Origin: Marsupella aquatica
Taxonomy: Eukaryota; Plantae; Marchantiophyta
Direction: 5' to 3'
Length of the DNA stretch: 64,000 bases
Assembly (NCBI GenBank): GCA_973895155.1
Contig: OZ316895.1
Coordinates: 12,655,929-12,719,928, forward strand
A program made the position numbers and the translations under genes. This document shows positions 1 through 12,199 of the stretch, in pieces. The notes under the pieces are model-generated. The model saw nothing but the letters and a program-made list of their open reading frames with translations. It ran no database searches and was not told the origin of the DNA. The first letter of the stretch is position 1, and each line of letters opens with the position of its first letter.

Positions 1-3000
1 TTAGTTCACGATGACAGACACAGACGCAATAGAGACGATAGAGAAGCGGAAGGGCGGCATGAAGGTTCTCGAGGGTCTCCACGGGATAATGATGGTACGC
101 GAGGCAAGGGTAAAAGTAGCATGTGGCGCAAGGATGGTACCCCTTCAGAGATGGGAGGTGATGGCCTTTCCTCACCTCGACATGATGCTCGAGGATCACC
201 CTCTTCTAACCGGATGGATTATATGTCTTCTCCACATTTGGATGATCAACGATCGCCTCGATACTACTCCCAAAGGTCGCCGTCTCATTTGGACAGAAGC
301 TCTGGTGCATCAAGAGGAAAGACAAGCCATGGAGATTGGTTTGAACCAAGCAATAGTGCCAGCAACTCCAGTGGTCCTCAAAGGCGTTCACAAGGGCCTG
401 GCTTGCATATCTCTGATCGTCGAGACCGCTCAAAATGGAATTCTGGTTCAGAAGAAGAGGCGAAGGGTGGGATGTTTAGAGGTAATCGTGTGACGGATGA
501 AGGTAGAGACAGTTCACTAAGTCCGCACCGACTCAATGAACAGCATCTTCTTGTAACACAATCAAAACCTCCTTTGCATGGGCAGGACAGTTTTCCCAGA
601 GGGATGGGAAATCGAGGGATGATGGAGGCAAGAAGTGACCGTGGAGGTTGGCGGGGGGCACTTTCAGGTTTTGATGGTGGTCCATTGGACCATCATGGTC
701 CAGATGACTTATCACCACGAGACAGAAATGACCGAGTGCGTCGCATGCAAATGAACAGGCCACCAGGAAGTCCCATGGTTCGGTCTCAAGGTCCTCAAAT
801 GTCTTCATTACCTGCTCCACCTCTTGCACCCCTCCCACCTCCTCCTCCGTTTAGGCCTGGCATTGATAACCCTGCTGTCCTTGGCCCTATGAATGGAAGC
901 TTTGATGAGGGAGGTGGGTCTCGTGAGCAAGGACGGGGGGAAAGAAAAGGGGGACCTCATCGGAGAGGTGATCAAGGTGGTATGGGTCCAGGGGAAGGAT
1001 GGAGGGGTGTAAACATGGGTGGTTGGAACTCAAGAAATCAGGGGCCTCTTCCAGGCAACGGTTTTGCACCATTCCCTCCTCAATTCGGCCACCCGCCGGC
1101 TGGTGGAGGTGGTTTCCCTGGTATGGGTCAGCAATTCCCTGGCCCCCCAATGTTTCCTGGCGGTGGAGGGAGGCCCCCAATGGATATGGGCTTTGGCGGG
1201 GGCAGATTCTTGGGTCCTGGAGGTCATATGGGTGAAGGTGGAGATGGATATCTTGGTCCTGGCCGAGGAACTGGATGGCATGGACCTGGAGAGGTCGACG
1301 AAGGGCGAGGACCACCGCTTATGGGCCCTGGTGATGGATGGGAAGGTCCAGGTCCTCATGGGGATGATCGGCATCGACATGGTCGGATGGAATGGGAGAG
1401 GGGTGCACCCATGGGAGTCCGTAGCTGGGAGAGAGATAGAGAACGTGACCTTTGGGAGGCACGCAGGGATGGAGCTCCTGACTTCATGCCTCATCGCTCT
1501 CAGATGGACCCTCCGCCACAAAATCAAGCATTTCCTTCACCTGGTGGTGGCTGGGGTATGCCACGGGATTGTCAGATCCCTAATGATCTTAAGCCTCGAC
1601 AAGATCGGCAACCGTTTGATATTCAGGAAGTGAAAAGGAAGCCTGATGGAGGACCTCCTAAGCCAAAGAAACAAAGTGGTCGACCAGTTTCTGCAACTGA
1701 AGGGAAGCTTTCAAAGTATGCAACGTCGACAATGCAGTCCGTTTTATCTCAACTGGAAATCTCACCTGACCTGGCAGGACCAGAGCTATATGCTCAGTAC
1801 CGAGCCTTGTTACCTCGTTCGCCATCTGGAAAACAAAGCACTCCTCAAGACAAGGAAGATTCAATCTCCGAGTCCGACGATGAGGACTTGAACTTAGAGG
1901 TGAACGTCTTTCATTTCTTAAATGAAGAACAAAACGAGCTTTTTCCCTTTTATACAGCCTGCATCAGCCATCCCGCAACTGTCTCTGAAGCACCCCCTTT
2001 CCCGGTCAGACGTTTGTTGGTGATCATGGTCTCAAGATCAATCCCCTTTCGGTATGTTTCGAAAGAAACAGGGTAAGAGTCGTAAGGTTTGCATGACATC
2101 TGTGACATTTACAAACCTAACAGTTACTTCTTATCTGGAACAGGCGGATCCCGAAGGAGAAATTTTCATCACAGGTCCGAACCTGCTGGCAAAGCTTCTT
2201 CCACCTCTTCCAGATGACGTTTTCCAGGTTTGAATACCAGTACATTCCTTCCAAGGCCAGGTTTTCCCGTGATCACAGCGGCCGGAGATGATTGGCGAAA
2301 TAATACTTAGTATCGATGGGCAGGTGTCGCCTTCCTTTTGGTGTTTTGGTCTTTTCGTCAGGGAGGTCGTTCGTTGTGTTAGACAGCTGTTCCGTGCAGA
2401 ATTTTTGGAATTGGTTATTTTTAAATTCATGATCCACTTTTTTCTTGCGATGTATGGCTGCAGGAAGCTTTAAGGCTTTATAGGAAACCAGATACAGAAA
2501 ACCGGGTTCAAAAATCATCAAGGGGGAGCTTTGTTTTGCCTTTCGATCCGTCGACCATCAAAGTACCATCTATTTCTATGAGGCTTGATAGATTTAGTGC
2601 CGGTACAGCCAAAGGTGGACCTCATGATGGGATGGGAGGTTTACGGGATCACCTGGAAGGAAATGTGATAGATACAGAGTTTGCAGATGACGAAACACGG
2701 AATTCCGTTGAGAAAGGGCAAGGGGGCCTTGAACTAGATGGTGCTGAGATAGAAGACACGGGAGGAGAAACTATGCAGGATGAATTCATCTCGTCTCATG
2801 TGGAGGTTGCTGAGTACAGTGACAGAGAATTTGAAGCAGAGATGGAAGATACTCTGGAAGAAGATAGCTTTAAAGACATGCAGGTGGGTGGAGCTGTGTT
2901 TGAAACATTAGATCCTGCTGATGAGGACAAGGATTCATTGGACAATATTATGAATGTATATAAAGAATCAATAGGCCCTGGTAACAGCCTGGGTGAAGCC

Positions 3001-4395
3001 AAGGAGTCTCTTACGGAGACTGATGATAATCGGCAAGCAATGGATGCACCAAAGAGTGACGCTCCTGTAGCAGAGATGGAAGATCGAATATACAGCGTAG
3101 TTGCTGAAGCTGATCAAGTGGACAACTTGGTTGTTGAAGCCGATCATGTGGACAAGGTGGTTGTCGAAGCTGATCAAGTGAACAAGGTGGTGGTTGTCGA
3201 AGCTGATCAAGTCTACAAAATGGTTGTCGAAGCTGATCAAGTAAACAAGGTGGTTGTCGAAGCTGATCAAATGTACAAAATGGTTGTCGAAGCTGATCAA
3301 GTGGACAAGGTGGTTGTCGAAGCTGAGGAAGTCTACAAAATGGTTGTCGAAGCTGATCAAGTCTACGAAATGGTTGTCGAAGCTGATCAAGTGGAGAAGG
3401 TTGTCGAAGGTGATCGCTTGGACAATGTGCTTGTCGACGCTGATCAAGCGGAGAAAGTGCTTGCCGAGGCCTATCACGCTGTCAAGGCGGTTGTCGAAGC
3501 TTATCAGATAGACGACGTGGTTGAGGAAGGGGATGAAGTGGGCAACGTAGTAGACAATGTGGTCGCAGAAGTTATTAAAGTAGACAACATGGTTGCTGAA
3601 GTTGATTTTCGAGATGATGTAAATAGTTTTGTTGTATCACAGGGTGCAGTAAATAACGACAATACTGCTGAGCCAGAGAGGAATATTGTGGTTGAACAGG
3701 AGTCAAGGACCTCGGTAGAAGAGACTGGTGGTCTGGAAGTGCTACAGTCGTCTGAAACGTTAGCAGGAGAATTGGTGAAGCCTCAAGTTGTGCAATTTGT
3801 AGTCGGGGTATATGAAGAGTTCCCTCCGGAAGTCCCAGCCTCCAAAGAGGTGATAGATGTAGCAAAAGACATTGATGAGGAAACTTTGAAGGCAAAGCGA
3901 GGCACTGGAGTAGAGCATGAATATCAGGATGCTCCCGCCAGTGTCGACAGCAATGAACAGATTAAGGGTGTTGAAGAGGCACCGGAGCCCATGAACGGTG
4001 AAGGTAATGGGCTTGATGTTACGCAAGGTCCATCGGAAACTGCGCCAAGCGAACCCATCCAAAAGTACCCACCTGAAGAAGTGCTGACTACTGTGATTGA
4101 GAATGATGTGAGGATGGACACTAATGGAAAGTTGAAAGAGATCGTAGGGAACTCTCCAGCACCTGAGCAACCTGCCATAGAAGAGCCTCAACCAGAGCCG
4201 CTTACAAGGCTCAGAAAGCGAAGGGCCAGTAGTCGCTTACTGGCTCAACAATCAGCAGAAGCCCAGGTGGTGCCTTTGCAAGAGTCTTCTGATCGTTTGG
4301 CGAGTCAAGGGTCAGTTGGGGTAAAGAAATCTGGTTCTAGGGGATCAACTAGGAAATCTCAGCGCAAGTCAAAGCGCCGAGGAAGTACACATTGA
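1..4395 (+). CDS. 3' part of a large low-complexity protein resembling plant HIZ2/At5g53440 (ZC3H13-like m6A-writer-associated protein); exons <1-1899, 2144-2227, 2464-4395
   Basis: Frame is open from base 1. Phase-0 GT-AG junctions (gag|GTGAAC at 1900, CAG|gcg at 2144, cag|GTTTGA at 2228, CAG|gaa at 2464) join LSQLEISPDLAGPELYAQYRALL to LLPPLPDDVFQ|EALRLY, which resembles the conserved C-terminal block of At5g53440-like proteins as I recall it. The gene model is better supported than the name. Confidence 0.7.
3097..3510 (+). repeat. Coding 30-bp tandem repeat encoding about 12-13 VVEADQV-x-K-x decapeptides
   Basis: Repeated gttgtcgaagctgatcaagt(g/c)-(g/t)acaa(g/a) units, visible in the ORF translation. 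Confidence 0.95.
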
Positions 4396-5296
4396 GACCT
4401 CATTTAAGTAATCTTTTGGTTTTTTCTTTTTTAAAAATATTGCATCATATTGTTGACTTATCATGGTCCTGCTTTTTGCTCTACAAATTCTGATGTTCTA
4501 GGTCCATAGACTGGGTTCTGTCCTTGATATAGAGAAGGGTGAAGTTAAAGTTGCATAAATATTATTCATGGTATGGAAGGAACTTCATGAAATTGAGAGT
4601 GTCATCAATAGTGATGACAGATTTCAAAGTCTTGCAAGTCTCCTGTTTGGTCTACTGTGTATTTAATTCTGTTCCTTGACAGTCAACTTTTGCAGTTCGT
4701 TCAAAGTCAAAGCATAATTGGTTTAGGTACTAGGTATTGACTTCTATTGTTGTGATTGGAGGTCGTGTGGTGAGGTCTCATTCTGTTCCCATTTTCTCAG
4801 CTGCTGGTTTCCAAGAAGTCAGAGAGGCTCGACTCTTGCCCGGAAGGTAAGAGCAAATAGTATTAGACCGAGCTCTGTTGCTCCAAATTGTCTTTTCTCT
4901 GCATACTGTGGTGAGCGCAAATCAAACGAACTGTCCCTCCAAGGTGTCTAACTGACCCTACACTTCCTTTTAGCTAGACACTCCCTCTAGTCAGCCAAAT
5001 TTATGAACAGATTCGTTTGAAAGATACGGTTGCCCATGCAATATAAGTATCAAATACCCTTGCTATACTGCTGTGGTTCCATGTGCGAATGTCTGGAGCC
5101 ACTTTTGACTGTACCAGCACCTTCAACCAAATTCTGTCGTCATTGCTGTGCTCATGCTAATGATTTCCTTGCTACAAGTGCTGAAGTTCGCTGTTGCTTG
5201 TCTAGAACCTGCACTTCGACATCCTTGAAACTTTATGTACCTACTCATCTCAATAGTCTGACTGGGCAATGAGTTATCATTTGGAGACTCCATGTT

Positions 5297-5490
5297 CCTC
5301 GGAAGATAAAGCTTGCACCTTACTCGTCGGAAGATATAGCTTGCAGGTGTTTGTAGAAGATATTCCTTGGAAGATATAGCTTGCAGGTGTTTTTCTGAAG
5401 ATATTCCTCGGAAGATATAGCTTGCACCATACTCGGAAGTTATAGCTTGCAGGTGTTTGTTGAAGATATTACTCGGAACCTATAGCTTTG
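5297..5490. repeat. Short degenerate tandem repeat (cggaagatatagcttgca(ggtgttt) units)
   Basis: About six copies of the ggaag(a/t)ta(t/a)agcttgca core with variable spacers. Confidence 0.85.
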
Positions 5491-6619
5491 CAACAAATGG
5501 TCGATGATTGAGCACTTCCTTCCGTAGTTTGTTCCAGATTGGCATCCTTGCCAATTGTGCACGGATTTGTTCATTTAGCTACAAAAAACTACCAATACTT
5601 ACCAATAGCTTGGAAAGAACTTCAACCTGAGGTTGTAGCTGTTAAGATTCGCAAAATCGTTTGTAACAAGAAGATTCCTATACATGATGAGTAGCTTGGA
5701 AAAATTCCACCTTAAACTTTGCTGTGGTTTTGAAAGCATTCCGCCAGTTGAGCTGGCGACTTTCACTTCCAACTGAATTCATTTGGGCAAGTTCAGCATG
5801 TGGCTTGGAAAAATTTTGATCTTAGTAATTGTTGCACTGTGCTTGATTTGTAATGAACTCAAGTTCCCACAATATTTGACAAGATGCTTGTCTATCACAA
5901 CATTTGACAGCATGCTTGAATACAATAGCATGCTCATCTTCATTTTTTGTCTTGTAGTGATGTGTAAATGAATATTGCATAGGATATGCCAAATAAAAGT
6001 ATATTAATATACCTAATTGCAGGGGAAAAGTACAAGTGTTCAAGTATTGAAAAGTTATGAATACTAACTTACTCTAATGATACTCCAATCTATCAAAAGT
6101 TGTGCACATAACTTACAGAAGATACTCCTTTTCCTTAGCTTAACAGGCAACTACAATAAAAAACCATAACTAAGCTTACCAATTAAAAGTATGAGGAGGA
6201 CTTAAAGCAGGAGGTGCTCACATCCTACACTATCAATTCTCTGTCTCTATCACTAGAATTGGCAAAAATTCCATAAATTTGCTAAAGGGGGGTGGATGCC
6301 ATGTATTGAAAAACAAAATGTAGAGGACAATGAGAGCTCTAGAACAGCAAGATAAAAAAACATTTAGAGGGGTGCCAAAATAATTTTAGATCTAAATCAT
6401 ACAAGTCATTCTCATTGTGATGACACATTAAAAAATAAAAATATATAACAAAAAATCTTAGTAAGAAAAATACTGATTTAAGGTTGATTGGCCATATATA
6501 ACAGTGTCAGAAAATTCTGTCACAACATTTGACAAAATGCTTCAATATATAGTTGTAACCCATACAAGTCACTCTAAAACATTATATGTTCTAGATCAGT
6601 CCAAGATATTATGTGTTAG

Positions 6620-6915
6620 TCAGATTCTTGAGCTATTGAGGGTTCTAAACATACAATTTCCTTCCTTCCATCTGTGTCTCCAGAATATTATTTGTTACTC
6701 AGATTCCGGAGCTAGTGAGGGCTCAAACATACAACATTTCCTTCCTTCCATCTGTGTCTCCAGAATATTATTTGTTACTCAGATTCCGGAGCTAGTGAGG
6801 GCTCAAACATACAACATTTCCTTCCTTCCATCTGTGTCTCCAGAATATTATTTGTTACTCAGATTCCAGAGCTAGTGAGGGCTCGACATACAACATTTCC
6901 TTCCTTCCATCTGTT
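6620..6915. repeat. 80-bp minisatellite, about 3.5 copies
   Basis: cttccttccatctgt recurs at 6661, 6741, 6821 and about 6900 with near-identical intervening sequence. Confidence 0.95.
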
Positions 6916-7560
6916 TGTGCACAGGAGAAAGGGAGGAAGGAGAGTGAGTGGGTAGGTGGCAGCAAAGGCCAGGTGCTGGTGTAGTAATGTTACAACATAT
7001 CATTTTTGAAAATGCATAACTCCTTAACCATAAGTTGGGCTGATCCGAGAGAGTTGGATTTGATGAGATCTATGGATGCAAAAATTAAAACAATAGATAT
7101 AAGTTGATGTAGAATTTTCTAAAAATGGATGAAGATTGAGTTTTGTAAGGAAATCAAAACGTCTAATAAGCTAATCAAACAAGGGTCCCCTTAATTTTCA
7201 GTTGGCTTTGCTGAGACAAATGTAATGTCTTTCCTGTATATTAAATGCTCACCTGTTTTTGTGTTAAATTGTCCTGGGTCGACTGGAATCCTCAGACATT
7301 GTGGTCCATCCGAGCACCAGTTTCAACCAGCAGTAAGTCCGACATATGCATAAGTAAACTGGCTTAGTTTGCACATTGATTATTCATTCACTTTCATTGC
7401 AATGCAAGTAATGACATCTACTACAAAGTAACACAACACAGTAGATGTCATTCTTTCACTTCACAACACATTATTAGGTTGCTCTTGCAAGTTTTGTAGT
7501 AAGTGAATGTTTGGATGGGATCCCATCCCAGCCTGGTATGGCTTGAGCACATAGATATAT

Positions 7561-7817
7561 TGGAGGGTTGGTTTTAGCAGATTGAAGGCCAAAGAAACCA
7601 GGAACATATATTCAACAGCCAAGGGTTTTTCCCACCAGTATGTTAGTTTGGAATGACCATAACACTTCTCCAGTATGTAAACCTGCTCTTTTCAATCATG
7701 TGGTTATGTTATGACATACTGATAGAAACAACCACCTCCTGTGGGATAAATGTTCATTGACAATTACTTTTGGCCTTCCACCCGCTAAAACCAACCCGCT
7801 AAAATTAACCCTCTACC
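7561..7817. mobile_element. MITE-like foldback with about 30-bp imperfect terminal inverted repeats
   Basis: gggttggttttagcagattgaaggccaaa at 7565 versus tttggccttccacccgctaaaaccaaccc ending at 7797 (reverse complement gggttggttttagcgggtggaaggccaaa). No clear TSD. Confidence 0.55.
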
Positions 7818-8997
7818 AATTGCATAATCAGGGGGTTACTTATGTATATATTCTGGGATATCACTTCACCTAATTTTACCACCCTTATTAAAAGGGGGAT
7901 TAAAAGTAACTATTCTAAGAATATTATTTGTTTTTCCTTTGAATGATTTATTTTAGCTTATGCACATGCTTCTTACCTATTTCTATAGTAACCCCCTCGA
8001 GGTCCCATAGCCCACAACACATAGATGAGAAACTCTCGAGCATGCTGCTCTCGCCAGCCTCCACCTGCAGTTCCATGCCTAGGGGCTGCCACTTGCATGC
8101 TCCTCTATCCCTCCCCACGGGGAATCACTCTTGATTGCCTCTGCTAGATCCAGGCCACCATGCGATGTAAGTAGGGCCCAACAAAAGCTGATCAATGTAC
8201 TGCTCTTCAAATTACATTCAGAAATAGGACATCCTACAAGATACAGTGCATCTGAGTCGTGACAATGTTAGTGCAATCAAACTTACTAAGAATCCAGTTT
8301 GACATCCAGGTAGACACGGTCGGGACCTGGTCTGGTCTTGTCGATCAGGTATGGTCCCGGGTATGGTCTACCTGGGCGCTTTCCAGAATCAGTAAATGAT
8401 GTGGTGTGGTCCAAAATAGTGCCCGCTGAGTTAGAGGATGAGGCATTTAGCTGTTGTGCCATGGCCGTGGCCTTCTTATGTGAAGGGCACTCAGGGGACG
8501 TGTGCCCAAGAGAGATGCAGCCTTAGTGTCTGGTGGAAGGCCCGTTTCAATACACAATGGTAGTTTAAGTAGGTCAAATTCACTAGAGACGAGGGTTTGC
8601 ATGAAGGAGTAGAAGTAGGCCGGGTCAGTAGTAGAAGCTGTCTCGTACACGTTTGTGTTACTTAACAAAAAGTAGCCCGGGTCTTAAGCGAACTTGTTTG
8701 GAAGGCAAGATATCGCAAGCCCAGCAGCTCGACATCTATGGACTGTTGGTCAGATGAGTTTTGATTATTTCCAACGCTGCCCTTTCTTACAATTTTATTA
8801 CTCTGCGAGTCTTAGTCCGCATCTGAAAAATGATTGTTTTTAAATTTTGATTGAAATCTTCAGATGAAACGCATTAATTAACAAAAGATCTCGGAGTACG
8901 ACGTTACGTCTCTCTCCTTGTCATTCTCATTGCTTGTGTTCCTTTCTTTCTTTCTTTCTTTCTTGATTCTGTTCTTACTCTTTTCCAATGTGATAAC

Positions 8998-9443
8998 TGT
9001 TGGAACTTTCAACAGCATGGACCGGCTAGGAATTGAACCTAGGATCTCCCGTGTACATCGTAACTTTCAACAGCATGGACCGGCTAGGAATTGAACCTAG
9101 GACCTCCCGTGTACATCGTAACTTTCAACAGCATGGACCGGCTAGGAATTGAACCTAGGACCTCCCGTGTACATCGTAGTGCTCTACCACTGAGCTACAG
9201 GCCCTTTGTGGGGGTATCCATCTTCGTTCGAGTGTGGTTCATTTCCAACACCCACCCTTGAGCCGCACTCGCTACAAGGGAAACTCCTTTTCTTTGGCTC
9301 TGATACCATGTTGGAACTTTCAACAGCATGGACCGGCTAGGAATTGAACCTAGGACCTCCCGTGTATCGTAGTGCTCTACCACTGAGCTACAGGCCCTTT
9401 GTGGCTGTATCCATCTTCGTTCGAGTGTGGTTCATTTCCAACA
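8998..9443 (-). mobile_element. TRIM (non-autonomous miniature LTR retrotransposon) with tRNA-derived LTRs, Helenus-like
   Basis: LTRs 8998-9250 and 9309-9443, both TGTTGGAA...TTCCAACA; 5-bp TSD ATAAC (8993-8997, 9444-9448); 58-bp internal region with minus-strand PBS TGGTATCAGAGCC (9296-9308) and PPT AAGGGTGGG next to the other LTR. Confidence 0.93.
9134..9204 (-). other. tRNA-like sequence inside the TRIM LTR (second copy 9329-9397); probably not a functional tRNA
   Basis: Minus strand GGGCCTGTAGCTCAGTGGTAGAGCACTACGATGTACACGGGAGGTCCTAGGTTCAATTCCTAGCCGGTCCA: perfect D stem (GCTC/GAGC) and T stem (CTAGG/CCTAG), A and B boxes, 6 of 7 acceptor pairs including G3:U70, eroded anticodon stem. Confidence 0.85.
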
Positions 9444-10435
9444 ATAACGCTTGAATCAGCAGTAAGACCTTTAATGAGCGGCTTGAATTGGATCCCGTAT
9501 AACAATTGCCCAATGAAACAATAACACGAGAAGTGCTGAGACAGTATTACAATCATCATTTGCAGAAATGCTTGCACATCTGCAGGTCCTGTAACGGTGG
9601 TCAAGCGTTGCACGCACTTAACCTGGGTCAAGAGACTCAACCACATCGACTCCAATAGTTTAGAAACGACTGAAATTAAAGATCCATATAATTAGTCGCA
9701 AAAGTCATTGACAGATTACGCTTTAGTCCGGTCAATGGGACTCAGTATACCATCACCAGTACTTGATTACACTAATTAGTCGATGATTGATTGACTATTA
9801 CCTGCGTTACATTTGCTTTACTTCCGACTAAAGTAGCAAGCAAGTGCCGACCCGGTCATCTCGTATCCAGGAATTTGGAAGCCGCACGTAAGGAGCCCAA
9901 AATCGGTGGAAAGAGGTGGGAATTAAGAGGCAATTTAAGGCAACGACCCATTCAGTTAGTGTACTTGCTATGTCCGCACTCATAACACGAAGAAAAGCAG
10001 CTCTGGTGCTGAGTAAACCAATACTCAGTCAAAATTGCTGAGTAATACTTGTCACAATCCATATTATAATATTGTTTGGAAATCTAAACATCGTGCTCAA
10101 CTTTGTAACCATCTGCAACATTGTCCCTTCTGTGCGTCTCCTCAAGTATGTAAAGTGTCAATATATATCCCCCATCACCTTCACAACTACCAAACCAAAA
10201 TCAGCACTCAAGTCATCCAGCTAACTCTCGATCATATCTCTTCACATTTTGTCAGTCACGTCGGACTTGATCCGGCCTTTCACCTCGGATTGCAAGACTC
10301 CAAGTAAAACTGACAGATTCTATCCCAAAGTGCGTCGTATGAGCCTGAGCCAGCGAATACAAGCGGTACGTACCTAGCTCCTCAACGTCCAGGTGCGGCT
10401 AGCTTAGGGTTCAGTCTGTTCACTAATTTTGATCG

Positions 10436-11084
10436 ATGATGGCCAAGTCACTGGTGCTTGTTGGACTGCTCCTGGCGACAGTGATGGTCTACACTGCTCT
10501 CGCTAGCGATCCCGACCTGACCACGTACTGACTTCAACGTCACCAATCCGACCGCGGAGGATTTCACCTTCAGAGGATTCCGTAACGTTCGACCGCCAGG
10601 CAAGGGCATTGCAATGCCAACTTTCGCCGCCTTCAATTCGAAGCCCGCTCTTCTAGGACTCAACGGGCTGGGTCTCACAGCCGTGCTGTTCGAGTTTGGT
10701 CCAGAGTCACAGATTGATCCCCACACTCATCCTCGTGCAACGGAACTGTTCTACGTGCTCTCAGGGAAAATCGGCGTGGGATTTGTGGACACGGCCAACG
10801 AGCTGTTCGAGACGACGCTACAGGCGGGCGATCTCTTCGTCTTTCCCAAGGGAATGCTGCACTGGCAGCGCAACAATGGTCACGGAACGGCGGCAGGCTT
10901 CTCGGCACTCTCCAGTGAGAACCCTGGTGTTCTCAGCATTGCCAAGGCACTCTTCACCGGCGGCGACACAGGCCTCCCCGACATTGTTCTCAGTACCGCC
11001 TTGGGTATCAATGCGAACTACCAGCAAATAGACGCTCTGAAAGAGGCCGTTGCTGCCAGGAACAACGTGACCCTCAAGTGGTAG
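10436..11084 (+). pseudogene. Germin-like protein (cupin_1), frameshifted just after the signal peptide
   Basis: MMAKSLVLVGLLLATVMVYTALASDPDLTTY* (stop 10529-10531); the germin sequence resumes in the +1 frame (DFNVTNPTAEDFTFRGF...PHTHPRATE...LFVFPKGMLHWQRN) to the stop at 11084. Confidence 0.85.
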
Positions 11085-11476
11085 TGTACAGCCAGACTGA
11101 GCGCATTGGTACAGGCTGAACTGATCCTGAAACGGCTTCCGATCCGGACGAGGAAGTCACGAGTTTATCTACACAGCAAAATTGCATTCGACCACATAAT
11201 TATCTAGAATCTGTGCAGGTCCACCGACCCACGACAGATGTCTTCATCATTCATTTGAGTCGATTAGGAATCGAAGCAATGTAAGCAACGTAAACAAAGT
11301 ACAGTACAGCCAGTAGAGTAGCTACTAAGAGCTCGAGTGTGCTTCCTTACAGAAGAATTATGCCCTGCCGTAGACAGCAGTCGAAGGTCGCCCTACATCG
11401 ACGTTGGTACTTGCTTAGAGAAGTCTTCTTCATATATAGAAGCTCTGAGTTTAGACGTTGGTACTTGCTTAGAGAA

Positions 11477-12199
11477 AGAAATATACACACTTTTTATATA
11501 CAAAGGGACCAAACAGAATACAAATGAACAAACAAAAGAGGGCCCAAGTGGACAAAACCAATCGAAAAAGAAGTGAGCAAAAGGGAACCACTAAACACCA
11601 AGAAAGAGGAACTAAAAATAAGAAATGAACAATAGGGAACCCCTAAAAACCAAGAAAGAGAGAGAGACTAAAACTAACCCAAGCGGACCGAGGTCCTCAT
11701 CATTCCTACCGATTGTGGCAAAAAGCTAATGGTCCACATCAAGAGTCAAAACTAGATCGGCAAGTGGGATTGGAACATCCTCAAGGGGAGCTAGCCGCTG
11801 CGGAGGCACACTAGCACCCACTGTAAGAGATCGACGATAGATGGCCCGAGCTTGAGCACGCTGTAAGGTGACTAAAATGCGTTGGCGAAAGTGCGTGGTC
11901 AAAATAGAAAGCGGGGGTCCGGTGGGACCCATTCGGCCATGAACATCCCGGGCAGCTTGCCGAAGAAGCCCATCAAACTGAGGATGAAGACGCCCAAATA
12001 GCTCCACAGCAAGGGGGAGGAAGCTGTCGGATGAAGCTCGTGCAGCATATTTGGCCTCCTTCGTTGTTGCCGCACGTGACGCTGCTGCCCCTGCCGTAGT
12101 TGCCGCTGTCCCAATGATGTCTTGGCGCAATGGGTTTGCCACCACAACATCTGCCAAAGTACGTTGACCCTCACGGACCATGGTAAGATCCACCCGTAA
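11477..12199 (-). mobile_element. 5'-truncated non-LTR retrotransposon with C-terminal restriction-like endonuclease (CRE-like clade)
   Basis: ORF segment RVD...ADVVV...TKEAKY...FLPLAVELFGRL...FRQRILVTLQRAQARAI matches the RLE-domain pattern; followed by a T-rich 3' UTR; flanked by the 9-bp direct repeat CTTAGAGAA (11468-11476, 12200-12208). Confidence 0.75.

Noticed and set aside
8255-8305. Copia RNase H-like relic (RDNVSAIKLTKNPV*H)
   Set aside because: Only about 15 codons match and no other domains or LTRs could be traced; too weak to annotate.
9004-9180. CRISPR-like appearance of regular repeats here and at 5297-5490, 6620-6915, 27944-28135 and 39975-40180
   Set aside because: Units are contiguous tandem copies without unique spacers, there are no cas genes, and the context is a eukaryotic genome.
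9134-9397. Two genuine tRNA genes
   Set aside because: Anticodon stem is poorly paired, the copies differ by 2 nt in that arm, there is no oligo-T terminator directly downstream, and both lie inside LTRs.
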